Assembly: GCA_963761585.1 (NCBI GenBank)
Contig: CAVXHW010000012.1
Coordinates: 18,716-82,715 of the forward strand
Source of the DNA: an uncultured Verrucomicrobiae bacterium
GTDB taxonomy: Bacteria; Verrucomicrobiota; Verrucomicrobiia; Chthoniobacterales; UBA10450
DNA length: 64,000 bases
Reading direction: 5' to 3'
Shown: piece by piece, positions 36,628-46,459 of the stretch
How positions within the stretch are numbered: position 1 is the first letter of the stretch
How the letters are laid out: every line of letters begins with the position of its first letter
The notes under the pieces: generated by a model
Told to the model about the DNA's origin: nothing
Database searches by the model: none
The model's input: the letters and a program-made list of their open reading frames with translations, nothing else
Program-made: the position numbers and the translations under genes

Positions 36628-37686
36628 CTAGCCGATTCCCCTCATCGCACGACGCAGCTCCGCTTCATTGCTGACTGAAGCCACCGCGGTCTCTTCGGTA
36701 ATCACCTTCCCTTTGAGAGCGTTGAGCGTCGATTGCAAAAATGAAACGGCGGCAGGATCCGATCCCCGGGCGATATACTGATCGATGTTCTGCAACTCTC
36801 GTCGAGCGATCCAGTCGCGCATGGCACCCGCGTTTTCGACATGTTCCACCAGCAAATGCAGGCCTCCGTCAGCAGATGGAACCAGCTTTTGGCAAAGGAC
36901 GCCAGAGAGCTGGTTTGCCAGAAGATTCACACCGTGCTTCTCGTCGTCCGCTGGAAAAAGATTCAAATAGCGCTCCATCGTGTCGGCAACCTTCTCCGAA
37001 TGCAGAGTCGAAACAACGAGATGTCCGGTCTCAGAAGCTTGAAGTGCAGTCAACGCCGTTTCGTAATCCCGGATCTCACCAACGAAAATGACATCCGGTG
37101 CCTGGCGAAGCGCGCTCCGCAACCCGCTCGCAAAAGTGCCGGTGTCACGTCCCACCTGCCGCTGGGTGAAATGACAGCGCTTGCTGGTGAATTGATACTC
37201 AACGGGATCCTCGATTGTCACTATGTGTCGCACCAGGTTCTCGTTCATCCATTGAAGTAGGGAGGCGATGGTGGTGGATTTTCCGGAGCCGGTTGGCCCC
37301 GTTATTAGAATCAAGCCGTGCTCGCGAGCGCCCCATTGGGTGAGAAGCCACTCTGGCACTCCCAGCCCTTTCAAGCTAGGCACTTTGGTCTTGATGCGGC
37401 GCATGACCGCACCGAGGCGGCCCATGGTGCGGTGCAGGCTCACGCGGTACCGCGTATGTGTGCGCGAGACGAAGCCGCTGTCACGATCCATGTCGCCGTC
37501 GCCTTGCGCGTTCGCGCCGCAGGCCTGCCAGAAGGCGGTGATGTCGGCGAGCGACAGAGGTTCTGTACCGAGCACAATGATTTGTTCATTGATCTTGAGA
37601 CGCGGGACCTCGTTCTCCTGAAGAAAGACGTCGCTCGCTTCCTGCTGCTCGGCGGCGTCAAGGATGTTGTCGATGTTTTGCTGCAT
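36628..37686 (-). CDS. PilT/PilU-family ATPase (second paralogue)
   Basis: Walker A 'ITGPTGSGKSTT', 'IFVGEIRD' and 'TGHLVVSTLHS'. Confidence 0.75.
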   Translation of the reverse strand: MQQNIDNILDAAEQQEASDVFLQENEVPRLKINEQIIVLGTEPLSLADITAFWQACGANAQGDGDMDRDSGFVSRTHTRYRVSLHRTMGRLGAVMRRIKTKVPSLKGLGVPEWLLTQWGAREHGLILITGPTGSGKSTTIASLLQWMNENLVRHIVTIEDPVEYQFTSKRCHFTQRQVGRDTGTFASGLRSALRQAPDVIFVGEIRDYETALTALQASETGHLVVSTLHSEKVADTMERYLNLFPADDEKHGVNLLANQLSGVLCQKLVPSADGGLHLLVEHVENAGAMRDWIARRELQNIDQYIARGSDPAAVSFLQSTLNALKGKVITEETAVASVSNEAELRRAMRGIG

Positions 37687-37795
37687 GGCTCGTAAGTTCG
37701 TTAGGCCTCACGTGATGTTATGAGAACGTCATGCTTAGCGATAACAGGTGTCCAGTATGCTTGTCATTATTTTGTTCTTGTGGTTCATCAGACCG

Positions 37796-40700
37796 CTACG
37801 CCCGCACTGGTACACTGGCGGTACGCTCGAGTTTGCCCCAGCTGACCCACGCACCTTTGATCGCGCGCAGCATCGCTTTCCAGATGCAGTAGCTGAGCAT
37901 CGGGCGATAGATCAGTCGCATCGGTAAGATGCGCCAGGCGCGCAGGATTGGTTCGCGTTCCAAAATACAGGCGAGTGTGGCAAGTAGCACGTCCATCGCA
38001 AGGAATGTGATAACGAACGGCAGCACCGCGTTCCACGCGCCGAATGGCAGAGTGGCCAGCAGGAATAAATCCACCATCGGCGTAATGGCGATCAGGATGA
38101 TCTGAAAGAACCAGATGCTGGGTAAGCTGAACCAGCCGAGCGCGCGATAGTTCCAGTTGAACACCATGTCGCGATGTTTCCACAGACATTGCAGCGTACC
38201 GTACGCCCATCGCGAACGTTGTCGCGCGAGCGTGGCCACCGTCTCGGGCGCTTCGGTCCACGCGATCGCGTCCGGCACATACACGATGCGCTGACGGCGT
38301 CTGTGTAACGAGAGCGTGAGGTCGGTGTCTTCAGCGAGCGTTTGCAGACTCAAACCGCCGGCTTCATCGATCGCATCCTTCCGAATGGCGCTAATCGCGC
38401 CAGGGACGACAGTGATACAGTTCCAACGATTGTAAGCGCGCCGATCCAGATTAAACCCGCAGGTATATTCCAGCGCCTGACAACGCGCAATGAACGTGCG
38501 CAAATTCCCAACCTTCGCATGACCTGACACTGCGCCGATGCGCTCATCCGCAAATGGCTCGAGCAAATGCGGTAGCGTGTCGCGTTGACATTGCGTGTCG
38601 GCATCAAGGAAAACAATGATCCTATTGTGCGCAGCGGTGAGGCCGCGTTGGAGAGCGCGCGCTTTGCCACGATTCTCTTGTTGGAACAATCGAATGCGCG
38701 ATTCCTTCTGCGCAATGCGCTCAATTTCTGAAGCAGTTTGATCAGTCGACCCATCATCAATGACGACCACTTCTATTTCGCCCTTGTAATCTGTAGCGAA
38801 AAGCGTGCGCAGAGTTTCCGCGATTAATTTCTCTTCATTGTAAGCGGCAATCACGATGCTGATCGGTTCCGCGAAGTTTGTTCGGGGTAGGCGCCGAAAA
38901 CGAGCCGCGAGCCAGATGACGATCAACGTGCGAACGACGACAAGCGCCGTCGCGACGATCATAAAGGCCCAGAGAAATTCTTCGATGCTGTGGTAAACGC
39001 GGAACCCCGTGCTGCTGACAATACGCGTGAGCGACTGACCATTGCCCTGCACGAGCGGCATCACTGCATCGCGCGTCGTTCCGAGCAATGTGCTCAACGG
39101 CACGATGGTATCGCCGCGGGTATGCAGCCAATCCAAAATCCGTGGAAGCGCTTCCACTGTTTGCGAGCGATCGCCGCCCGCGTCGTGGAGCAGAATGACG
39201 TTACCATCATGCCTTTGTTGTTTAATCCGCCGGAGGATGATGTCTGCGCCGGGCTTCGCCCAGTCTTGCGGGTCAATATTCTCAAGGACAACGAGATAAT
39301 TAAGATCTTCCGCGATTTTCAGTGGAGCGAGTTCACTAAGGTCCGTCGGGCCAGTGTCGGAGGCATACGGCGGGCGAAACAACGTCGTTGCACGGCCAGT
39401 AATGGTTTCGATCAGCAGTTGCGTGGCGTTCAGCTCCAGGCGGATATGCTCCGGCCAGCAGAGCGCCAGGTTGGGATGGTAATAGGTATGGTTCCCGATC
39501 TCGTGGCCTTCATCGACGACGCGACGAACAAGCGCCGGGTATCGCTCCGCGTTCACCCCGACAACGAAAAACGTGGCCTTTACATTTGCTGCCTTAAGAA
39601 TGTCCAGAACTTTCGGCGTCCAGCGCGGATCGGGGCCGTCATCAAAAGTGATTGCGACCTGATGCTCGCCGCCGGCGCCCTGGTGATACAGCGTCGGAAA
39701 TTCCGCAAACTTCACATATTTCGCTGTGAGATAGCCGTCTGCGTCCACAGTCAGGTTGCGCAATCCGTCAGTGCGATCCTCGTCCACCGTCACGATTTCA
39801 CCGTCGCCAACGTCCGTTATCGTGTCCGTCGATTTGATCAGTTCCAGCGCTTGCCGCGTTTGATTATCGAACTTGAAATCGCGTGGCACGTTTAGCGCGT
39901 CCCAAAGTGCCGGGTCTTCGCTGCCGAGCCGATAAAGTGCGAAGCCCCCCGCCTTCTCAACGCGCACCTCGCGTAATTGGTTAAGAAAAGTGACGGCGTC
40001 GAGGAACCAGACGCCGTGTTCCGTGTCTTCATCCTGGAAATAAAAATATGGACTGTAACTTGGCCCCTGAACTTGGACGCTTCCGATTTCCGCGTCCTTG
40101 GCGCGACTCATCGCTTCGGAAAAACTGATCAGCTCACCCTTTTTGCCGCCGATGGGCCAATCATATCCGTAGCTACCAATTGCAATGATCCATTGCTTTG
40201 TGTCGGAACCATCCAACAGGACATGCAGCCAACCTTCAAACCATGAACGGGACGCAAGCGGTCCCGGTGGATCCGCCTCCGACGTTTCATCGAACAACAT
40301 CGCGACGAAACGATCGACGTTGTCACTGAGCCCATCGATGTCGATGTAATCCAGCTCCTGCCCCGGTTGAACGCACAACCAGAGTTGTTTGTTATCGTCG
40401 TGCAACGCGTCCGCAAACTTGTCGATGAATCCCGTTAAATCGTTCTTGTAAGCAGGATCAATTTGTTGCCAATCGACAACGACGCCGGCAGCCTTGGCGT
40501 TGCGCAACTCAGTAAGCACATCCTGAATAAAGTCGTCCTGTCGTTTCGCCGGTCCGTGCGCGAGATTCTCAATCGCTTCGGGCTGCCAGGTATCGCCAAC
40601 GAGATTCGTCAGCAGCGGCATCAGCGCAATCCCCTTATTTGCCGCCAGCTTTGACACGCGAGCATCGGAGTCGATTTGCAAATTGCCCATCCCATCGACA

Positions 40701-41152
40701 ACTGTCATCCATTCCGGGCATATATGTGTAATCTGTGTCGCGTGTTGCTGAAGCGACGCGTAGCTGTCCGAATCGCCATTTACGTAGAATGCAAGTCGCA
40801 CTTCGTTATCAGGCGCTTTCTTTCGCGGGCGCGGTGAAGGAGTTGGCGCTGTACCAGCGAGTTTTTTCGCTGCGAGGCGGGTCGCGCTAAATTTCTGCCA
40901 CAGCAATGAAGCTGGAGAAACCTGGCCCGCAGGATTTTCCCGTTGCAACGCTCGTAATTGGCCTTTCAACTGCCGCAACGAAAATGGCACGTTCATCTTT
41001 GGTATAACGAAAAGCGTCTGAACGAAAAGCACCAGAGCGACAAAGACCAACACACCGCCGATTAGCAGAGTGAGGCGTAGCCGAGGCCAGCGTTTACCGC
41101 TGGGATCGGAGAACACGAATGGCGTGACTTGCTCGGGAGGAAATTCAGGCAT
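37796..41152 (-). CDS. tri-domain exopolysaccharide enzyme: GH18-like domain, NodB polysaccharide deacetylase and processive GT2 synthase (PgaC-like)
   Basis: N-terminal TM helix. GH18-like 'AGVVVDWQQI' (Q where the catalytic E is expected). NodB 'VAITFDDGPDPRWTPKVLDIL...HEIGNHTYYHP'. GT2 'IVIAAYNEE', 'VVIDDGSTDQT', 'FLDADT' and 'QRSRWAYG', plus C-terminal TM helices. Confidence 0.75.
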   Translation of the reverse strand: MPEFPPEQVTPFVFSDPSGKRWPRLRLTLLIGGVLVFVALVLFVQTLFVIPKMNVPFSLRQLKGQLRALQRENPAGQVSPASLLWQKFSATRLAAKKLAGTAPTPSPRPRKKAPDNEVRLAFYVNGDSDSYASLQQHATQITHICPEWMTVVDGMGNLQIDSDARVSKLAANKGIALMPLLTNLVGDTWQPEAIENLAHGPAKRQDDFIQDVLTELRNAKAAGVVVDWQQIDPAYKNDLTGFIDKFADALHDDNKQLWLCVQPGQELDYIDIDGLSDNVDRFVAMLFDETSEADPPGPLASRSWFEGWLHVLLDGSDTKQWIIAIGSYGYDWPIGGKKGELISFSEAMSRAKDAEIGSVQVQGPSYSPYFYFQDEDTEHGVWFLDAVTFLNQLREVRVEKAGGFALYRLGSEDPALWDALNVPRDFKFDNQTRQALELIKSTDTITDVGDGEIVTVDEDRTDGLRNLTVDADGYLTAKYVKFAEFPTLYHQGAGGEHQVAITFDDGPDPRWTPKVLDILKAANVKATFFVVGVNAERYPALVRRVVDEGHEIGNHTYYHPNLALCWPEHIRLELNATQLLIETITGRATTLFRPPYASDTGPTDLSELAPLKIAEDLNYLVVLENIDPQDWAKPGADIILRRIKQQRHDGNVILLHDAGGDRSQTVEALPRILDWLHTRGDTIVPLSTLLGTTRDAVMPLVQGNGQSLTRIVSSTGFRVYHSIEEFLWAFMIVATALVVVRTLIVIWLAARFRRLPRTNFAEPISIVIAAYNEEKLIAETLRTLFATDYKGEIEVVVIDDGSTDQTASEIERIAQKESRIRLFQQENRGKARALQRGLTAAHNRIIVFLDADTQCQRDTLPHLLEPFADERIGAVSGHAKVGNLRTFIARCQALEYTCGFNLDRRAYNRWNCITVVPGAISAIRKDAIDEAGGLSLQTLAEDTDLTLSLHRRRQRIVYVPDAIAWTEAPETVATLARQRSRWAYGTLQCLWKHRDMVFNWNYRALGWFSLPSIWFFQIILIAITPMVDLFLLATLPFGAWNAVLPFVITFLAMDVLLATLACILEREPILRAWRILPMRLIYRPMLSYCIWKAMLRAIKGAWVSWGKLERTASVPVRA

Positions 41153-41250
41153 TCGGGCGCTTATAATGCTCTAACCATTCCATTAATGAAATCCAATTCT
41201 CTCATTTCTGACTTGGACGAAGTCTCTCAATATAGGACGTTCAAAGCTCG

Positions 41251-41799
41251 ATGCATATTGAGTTAGATACACTGCCGAGTGGACATGCGGGCATTGCTGC
41301 GCGTTTAAAGAAAGGTCCCACAATCCATTCAAGCGCGTGGGTCGTCCCGGGCTCAACCGTGCTCGGGGATGTCATTTTGGAAGAGGAATCGAGCGTCTGG
41401 TATGGCGCAGTCCTACGCGGCGATATCAACCGCATCATCATAGGCCCACGCTCGAACGTTCAGGACAATGCTGCCGTCCACGTTGACACCGGTTACCCGA
41501 CAATTGTAGGCGAACTGGTCACCATCGGCCATACCGCGATTGTTCACGCGTGCAAAATCGACAATGAAGTGCTAGTCGGGATGGGATCCATCATTCTTGA
41601 CGACGTCGAAGTTGGCGCGCGTTCCATCGTCGGCGCAAACGCCCTCGTGACGATGGGAATGAAAATCCCGCCGGGCTCACTCGTGCTCGGCTCTCCCGCG
41701 AAAATTCGCAGGCAACTGACGCTGGAAGAGCAAAATGACATCGCCCGCTGGGCATGGAGCTATGTCGAAACAGCGAAGCATTACCGCGAATTTTATTGA
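41251..41799 (+). CDS. gamma-carbonic-anhydrase-family (left-handed beta-helix) protein
   Basis: 'VWYGAVLRGDINRIIIGPRSNVQDNAAVH' and hexapeptide repeats. Confidence 0.8.
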   Translation: MHIELDTLPSGHAGIAARLKKGPTIHSSAWVVPGSTVLGDVILEEESSVWYGAVLRGDINRIIIGPRSNVQDNAAVHVDTGYPTIVGELVTIGHTAIVHACKIDNEVLVGMGSIILDDVEVGARSIVGANALVTMGMKIPPGSLVLGSPAKIRRQLTLEEQNDIARWAWSYVETAKHYREFY

Positions 41800-41838
41800 A
41801 CGACATGCCTCCATACAATCGGGAACAATAATCAATCC

Positions 41839-42327
41839 ATGAAAACTATTCTTGCCTCCGTGATAGTTTCTCTCGTCGCCATTTTCTTCGATCATGCAGG
41901 GCTATCTGCCGAAGACACGAAATCCCCAGACATGCGTCTGTACCCTGCTGAAACCATTGAATGGAAACCGGGACCAGCCGCCTTACCTCCGGGCGCAAAG
42001 ATGGCTGTGCTCGAAGGCGACCCAACAAGGGAAGGTCCGTTCGTAGTACGCTTCCAATTCCCTGCTGGCTATTATGTCGCGCCGCATACCCATCCAAAAA
42101 CTGAGCGCGTCACAGTGATTTCAGGTACTCTTTATCTCGCGACCGGAGAAGCGCTTGATCGCAATAGCGCGAAAAAACTTCCGGCAGGCTCCTTCGGTTA
42201 CTGGCCCGCCGGAATGAAACATGCGGGGTGGTCTGAAGGCGATACCGTAATTCAACTTCACGGCGTCGGCCCCTGGCAGATTAATTATGTGAATCCCGTG
42301 GACGATCCGAGAAACGCAAAGAAATGA
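41839..42327 (+). CDS. secreted cupin-domain protein
   Basis: Signal peptide plus 'FQFPAGYYVAPHTHPKTERVTVISG' and 'GMKHAGW', a cupin motif pattern. Confidence 0.6.
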   Translation: MKTILASVIVSLVAIFFDHAGLSAEDTKSPDMRLYPAETIEWKPGPAALPPGAKMAVLEGDPTREGPFVVRFQFPAGYYVAPHTHPKTERVTVISGTLYLATGEALDRNSAKKLPAGSFGYWPAGMKHAGWSEGDTVIQLHGVGPWQINYVNPVDDPRNAKK

Positions 42328-42362
42328 CGCATTGAGGCGGAGCTTCACAGCAACGGTCGCCG

Positions 42363-43484
42363 TTACAGTCCAACGCCAAATGTGTCTGCCAGCTCGCGAG
42401 CGTTCTCGCGCAAAAGTTCGGCTGCCCGTGTCATGTTTTCTTGCTGGCTCATTCCCGGGCGTGCGTTTTGGTAAATGCCGTCAAAAATTTCGCGAAGTTC
42501 TCGATCTTCAGATGCGCGGCCAACAATTGCGAACACTGGCTTTCCGAGCTTTCGTGCGAGCCGCGCCACGCCAACGGGCGTTTTACCTTCGAGCGTCTGC
42601 CGGTCCAGACTTCCCTCGCCTGTAATCACCAAGTCCGCATCTTTCATTTTCGCCTCAAGCCCGACTGCTTCTGCGACAACTTCGAATCCTGGCTGGATTG
42701 TCGCGCCGCAAAAACTTAGCAGACCGAAGCCGAGGCCTCCTGCAGCGCCCGCACCGGCTTGATCGCGATAGTCGATTTTGAATTCCGTGGCCACGACGTC
42801 CGCAAGTTTGGTTAGTGCGCGGTCTAAATTGTCGAGGTCGGTGATACTCGCCCCTTTCTGCGGACCAAACACACGTGTCGCGCCATTTTCTCCGAGCAGC
42901 GGATTCTTCACGTCGACCGCCGCAATGATCGTAGGCATGACCAAATTAATCGGCCGCCTGATTCCTTTAAGCTCGACCAAATCAGTGACGCGCATCCGCG
43001 CCCGGTCGTGTTCCTGCTCGAATTCAAACCGAAATCCTAACGCGCGTGCCATGCCAAAACCGCCATCGTTTGTCGCGCTGCCACCCAGACCAATAATGAT
43101 TTCGTTCGCACCGCGCTTGGTTGCATCCAAAATCATTTCGCCTACGCCGAACGTGGTCGCACGAAATGGATCACGTTCAGTTTCGGAAAGTCGCCGCAGG
43201 CCAGCGGCTTCGCTCATCTCCATGACCGCAAGCTTTTCCTGGTCGATCCATCCGTAGCGCGCATCGATCTCGCGCCCGATCGGATCGTGCGCCTTGCATT
43301 CGAGCCACGAACCGCCGCGCGCATCACACACTGCTTCCGCTGTCCCCTCCCCGCCGTCTGCCATTGGCACGATTTCGATCTGTGCGTCCGGCAGCACATC
43401 GAGCAAGCCTTTCGCGATATTTTGCGCGACGTCCCGCGCGTTCAGCGCGCCTTTGAATTTATCGGGGGCGATAAGGATTCGCAC
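42363..43484 (-). CDS. glycerate kinase
   Basis: 'MRILIAPDKFKGAL', 'VPMADGGEGT' and 'LVITGEGSLDRQTLEGK'. Confidence 0.85.
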   Translation of the reverse strand: MRILIAPDKFKGALNARDVAQNIAKGLLDVLPDAQIEIVPMADGGEGTAEAVCDARGGSWLECKAHDPIGREIDARYGWIDQEKLAVMEMSEAAGLRRLSETERDPFRATTFGVGEMILDATKRGANEIIIGLGGSATNDGGFGMARALGFRFEFEQEHDRARMRVTDLVELKGIRRPINLVMPTIIAAVDVKNPLLGENGATRVFGPQKGASITDLDNLDRALTKLADVVATEFKIDYRDQAGAGAAGGLGFGLLSFCGATIQPGFEVVAEAVGLEAKMKDADLVITGEGSLDRQTLEGKTPVGVARLARKLGKPVFAIVGRASEDRELREIFDGIYQNARPGMSQQENMTRAAELLRENARELADTFGVGL

Positions 43485-43493
43485 ACCACTATT

Positions 43494-43546
43494 GTAGGGC
43501 GTCTGTGTCAGACGCCAACAAGAGGCGTTTCACAGAAACGCCCTAC
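43494..43546. repeat. double-hairpin palindromic element (GTAGGGCG family)
   Basis: The outer stem GTAGGGCG/CGCCCTAC encloses GGCGTCTG-TGT-CAGACGCC and GGCGTTTC-ACA-GAAACGCC. Confidence 0.8.
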
Positions 43547-43549
43547 AAC

Positions 43550-43642
43550 TGTCATCCTGAGCGAAGCGGCAGCGAAGTCGAAGGATCCCGTCGCGTTACC
43601 CAACGGTTACATCGCGGGAATCCTCGACTTCGCTCGGAATGA
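43550..43642. repeat. family A palindromic element
   Basis: GTCATCCTGAGCGAAGCGGCAGCGAAGTCGAAGGATCC ... gggaatcctcgacttcgctcggaatgac. Confidence 0.85.
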
Positions 43643-43652
43643 CACACTGCAG

Positions 43653-45107
43653 CTACTCTTTCAATTTCCGTTTCAAAATTTCTCCAACAAGCTGCGGATT
43701 CGCTTTGCCTTTGGACAATTTGATCACCTGTCCCTTAAGAAAATTCAGCGATGCAACATTGCCTGCTCGAAAATCCGCTACCGTTTTCGGGTTCGCCGAG
43801 ATCACTTCATCACACAAATGTTCAATCGCGCTTACGTCGCTCAGTTGCTCCACGCCTTTTTCTTTCACAATCGCGGTTGCGGTTTTTCCGGTCGCAAACA
43901 TTTCAGCGAAAACCTCCTTGCCCTGTTTGCCGCTGATTTTTCCGCTATCGATCAAGTTCACTAATTCATCGAGCGCGTCTGGCGCAATTGGGCACGCGTT
44001 TATCCCTTTGCCAGCGGTGCTGAGCGCATTCTGCAAATCGTTCAAGATCCAATTAGCTACGTTCTTCGGTTTTTTGGCGCCCTTGGCGGCCGCCTCGAAA
44101 TATCTCGCTAATTCGAGATCGTTCGCCAGCACTGCTGCATCGTAAGGGCTCACTTGGTATTGCGCGACGAATCGTGCGCGCTTCGCCTTCGGCAACTCCG
44201 GCACGCGCTCTCGCACCTCGGCTACCAGCACATCGCTTTTCATCGGGACGAGATCCGGATCAGGAAAATAACGGTAATCGTGCGCAAATTCCTTGGTCCG
44301 CATTAGAAATGTTTCACCCGCGGTATCATCCCACCCGCGCGTCTCCTGCTCCATCTGTTCACCACGCTCCAGGATGCTCGGCCTGACGGCGAATCTCGTA
44401 AGCGAGCGCGCGCCGGACACCGCTGATCGAGTTCAAATTCTTGAGCTCGATTTTTGCTCCGAGTTCGGTTTGATGTTCAGGGCGCACCGAAACGTTGCAA
44501 TCGCAACGGAGTTGTCCCTTCTCCATATCAGCATCGCTAACCCTCCGTAGATCAGGATTTGCTTCAACGCACTTAAGAACGCGAACGCTTCCTCGGGTGA
44601 ATTGATTTCCGGCTGCGTGACGATCTCCATCAATGGCGTGCCGGCGCGATTGAAATCGATGCCGGTGCTGTTCTCGAAATGGAAACTCTTTGCTACGTCT
44701 TCCTCAAGATGGATCCGTACTAAGTGCACTTCCTTGTCATGCGTGACGATATTTTTCTGTGCGTCTTTTGGATAAGCGAGATCATGCAATGGCACGCTGC
44801 CATTCGTGCACAACGGCATGTCGTACTGTGAAATCTGATAATTTTTCGGCATATCCGGATAGAAGTAATTTTTGCGATCGAACTTACTGACCGGTGCAAT
44901 ATCGCAGCCGAGCATCAATCCCGTCAGCACGGTCATCCGCAACGCTTCCTGATTCATCACCGGCAACGCGCCGGGCAGTCCAAGGCAAACTGGACAAGTG
45001 TGTGTGTTCGGTTCGGCGCCAAATTCAACCGGCGAAGCGCAAAACATTTTGGATCGCGTCTTCAGTTGCACGTGTACTTCCAACCCGATCGTGGCGATGT
45101 GATTCAT
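43653..45107 (-). CDS. gatB: Asp-tRNA(Asn)/Glu-tRNA(Gln) amidotransferase subunit B; two apparent 1-nt frameshifts (~44541-44543 and ~44382)
   Basis: The N-terminal ORF reads MNHIATIGLEVHVQLKTRSKMFC...ALKQILIYGG. Manual translation of a third frame supplies the middle segment VSDADMEKGQLRCDCNVSVRPEHQTELGAKIELKNLNSISGVRRALAYEIRRQ. The C-terminal ORF continues SILERGEQMEQETRGWD...HDYRYFPDPDL. Confidence 0.9.
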
Positions 45108-45121
45108 GCGCGATTCAATAT

Positions 45122-45296
45122 TCGTTGAAGCGTTGAAGGGTTAAAGAGTTAAAACGGCGGTCATTCTGAGCGAAGCGAAACGGAGTCGAAGAATCTCTCA
45201 GTGGTTACCTCTGGTTACGCCACGGGATTCCTCGATTTCGGTCGGAATGATGGCCATTCCAACGCTTCAACGCTTCAACGCTTCAACGCTTCAACG
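45122..45296. repeat. composite palindromic element: family A core (45159-45250) nested in GTTGAAGCGTTGAAGGGTTAAAG arms, with CAACGCTT x4 tandem 8-mers
   Basis: The left outer arm is 45122-45154. The right side, 45258-45296, is ccaacgcttcaacgcttcaacgcttcaacgcttcaacgg. That right arm supplies the last ~7 codons and the stop of aroC. Confidence 0.85.
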
Positions 45297-46378
45297 GACC
45301 AAGTAATCGCCCGTTGCCGCAACGCGTGATCGCAAAGAACGAGCGCAGCCATGGCTTCGACAATCGGGACGGCCCGTGGAAGAACGCACGGGTCATGCCG
45401 GCCGCGGGCTGCAAGCGCAGTCTCCTCGTTTGAAGTGGTGACGGTTTTCTGTTTGAGCGCGATCGTTGCAGGCGGCTTAAACGCAACGCGAAAGTAAATA
45501 TCTTCACCGTTGCTAATGCCACCTTGCACGCCGCCGGAGTTGTTCGTGACTGTGCGAATTCTTCCGGCGCGGATTTCGAATGCATCGTTGTGTTGCGAGC
45601 CTTGCATCTGCGTCGCCGCGAATCCGGAACCGATCTCGAACGCTTTTGCAGCTGGAATGCTTAGCATCGCTTTCGCCAGGTCTGCTTCGAGCTTGTCGAA
45701 CACGGGCTCGCCATGTCCAGGTGGGATGCCGCGCACCACACACTCGATTACGCCGCCGACGGAGTCGCCTGCAGCACGAATCTGCTCGACGAGCGAGATC
45801 ATCTTTTTCGCAGCGGCACCGTCCGGGCACCGGACAACATTTTTCTCAACCTCGTTCATCTTCACAGTGGAACGGTCGATCTTTGCCGTGACTTCATGAA
45901 TTTGCGTCACATACGCGACGACTTCGAAGTCCGCGCACAAAGCCGACAATGTTTTTTTTGCAATCGCCCCGGCTGCAACGCGACCAATCGTTTCGCGCGC
46001 GGACGCGCGGCCACCGCCCTGCCAATTTCGAATTCCGTATTTAGCTTCGTAAGTGTAATCGGCATGCGACGGTCGAAATTTGCGCGCGATTTCACTGTAA
46101 TCTTCGGGTCGAGCGTCTTTGTTCCGAACAAGAATTGCGATCGGTGTCCCGAGTGTTCTGCCTTCAAGAACGCCGGACAAAAGTTCGCATCGATCCTTTT
46201 CTTTGCGCTGGGTCGTCAGTTTGCTTTGACCGGGGCGACGACGATCCAGTTCTCGTTGAATTTCGGCTTCGGAAATTTCGATGCGTGGCGGACAACCATC
46301 GATCACCACGCCGATGCCGCCACCATGGGACTCGCCAAATGTGGTGACGCGGAATAATTGGCCAAACGTATTGCCCAT
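45275..46378 (-). CDS. aroC: chorismate synthase
   Basis: '[31 protein letters not shown]', 'RPSHADYTY' and 'GRHDPCV'. Confidence 0.95.
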   Translation of the reverse strand: MGNTFGQLFRVTTFGESHGGGIGVVIDGCPPRIEISEAEIQRELDRRRPGQSKLTTQRKEKDRCELLSGVLEGRTLGTPIAILVRNKDARPEDYSEIARKFRPSHADYTYEAKYGIRNWQGGGRASARETIGRVAAGAIAKKTLSALCADFEVVAYVTQIHEVTAKIDRSTVKMNEVEKNVVRCPDGAAAKKMISLVEQIRAAGDSVGGVIECVVRGIPPGHGEPVFDKLEADLAKAMLSIPAAKAFEIGSGFAATQMQGSQHNDAFEIRAGRIRTVTNNSGGVQGGISNGEDIYFRVAFKPPATIALKQKTVTTSNEETALAARGRHDPCVLPRAVPIVEAMAALVLCDHALRQRAITWSVEALKR

Positions 46379-46413
46379 TGGAATCGCAAGCTTAAACGAG
46401 CCGCGCCAAATTT

Positions 46414-46458
46414 GTAGGGCGTTTGTGTCAAACGCCGGCGGCTGGCACAGCCGCCCTA
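46414..46458. repeat. double-hairpin palindromic element (GTAGGGCG family)
   Basis: GTAGGGC, then hairpins GGCGTTTG-TGT-CAAACGCC and GGCGGCTG-GCA-CAGCCGCC, then CCTAT. Confidence 0.75.
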
Positions 46459-46459
46459 T

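Noticed and set aside
38990-39895. A 301-aa plus-strand ORF lies antisense to the deacetylase/GT2 gene. Similar long antisense ORFs occur at 2034-2813, 43287-43964, 45713-46357, 58147-58899 and 55587-56186.
   Set aside because: Each lies opposite a gene with strong family motifs, and the translations are Arg-rich with no motifs. Long antisense open frames of this kind are a common artefact.
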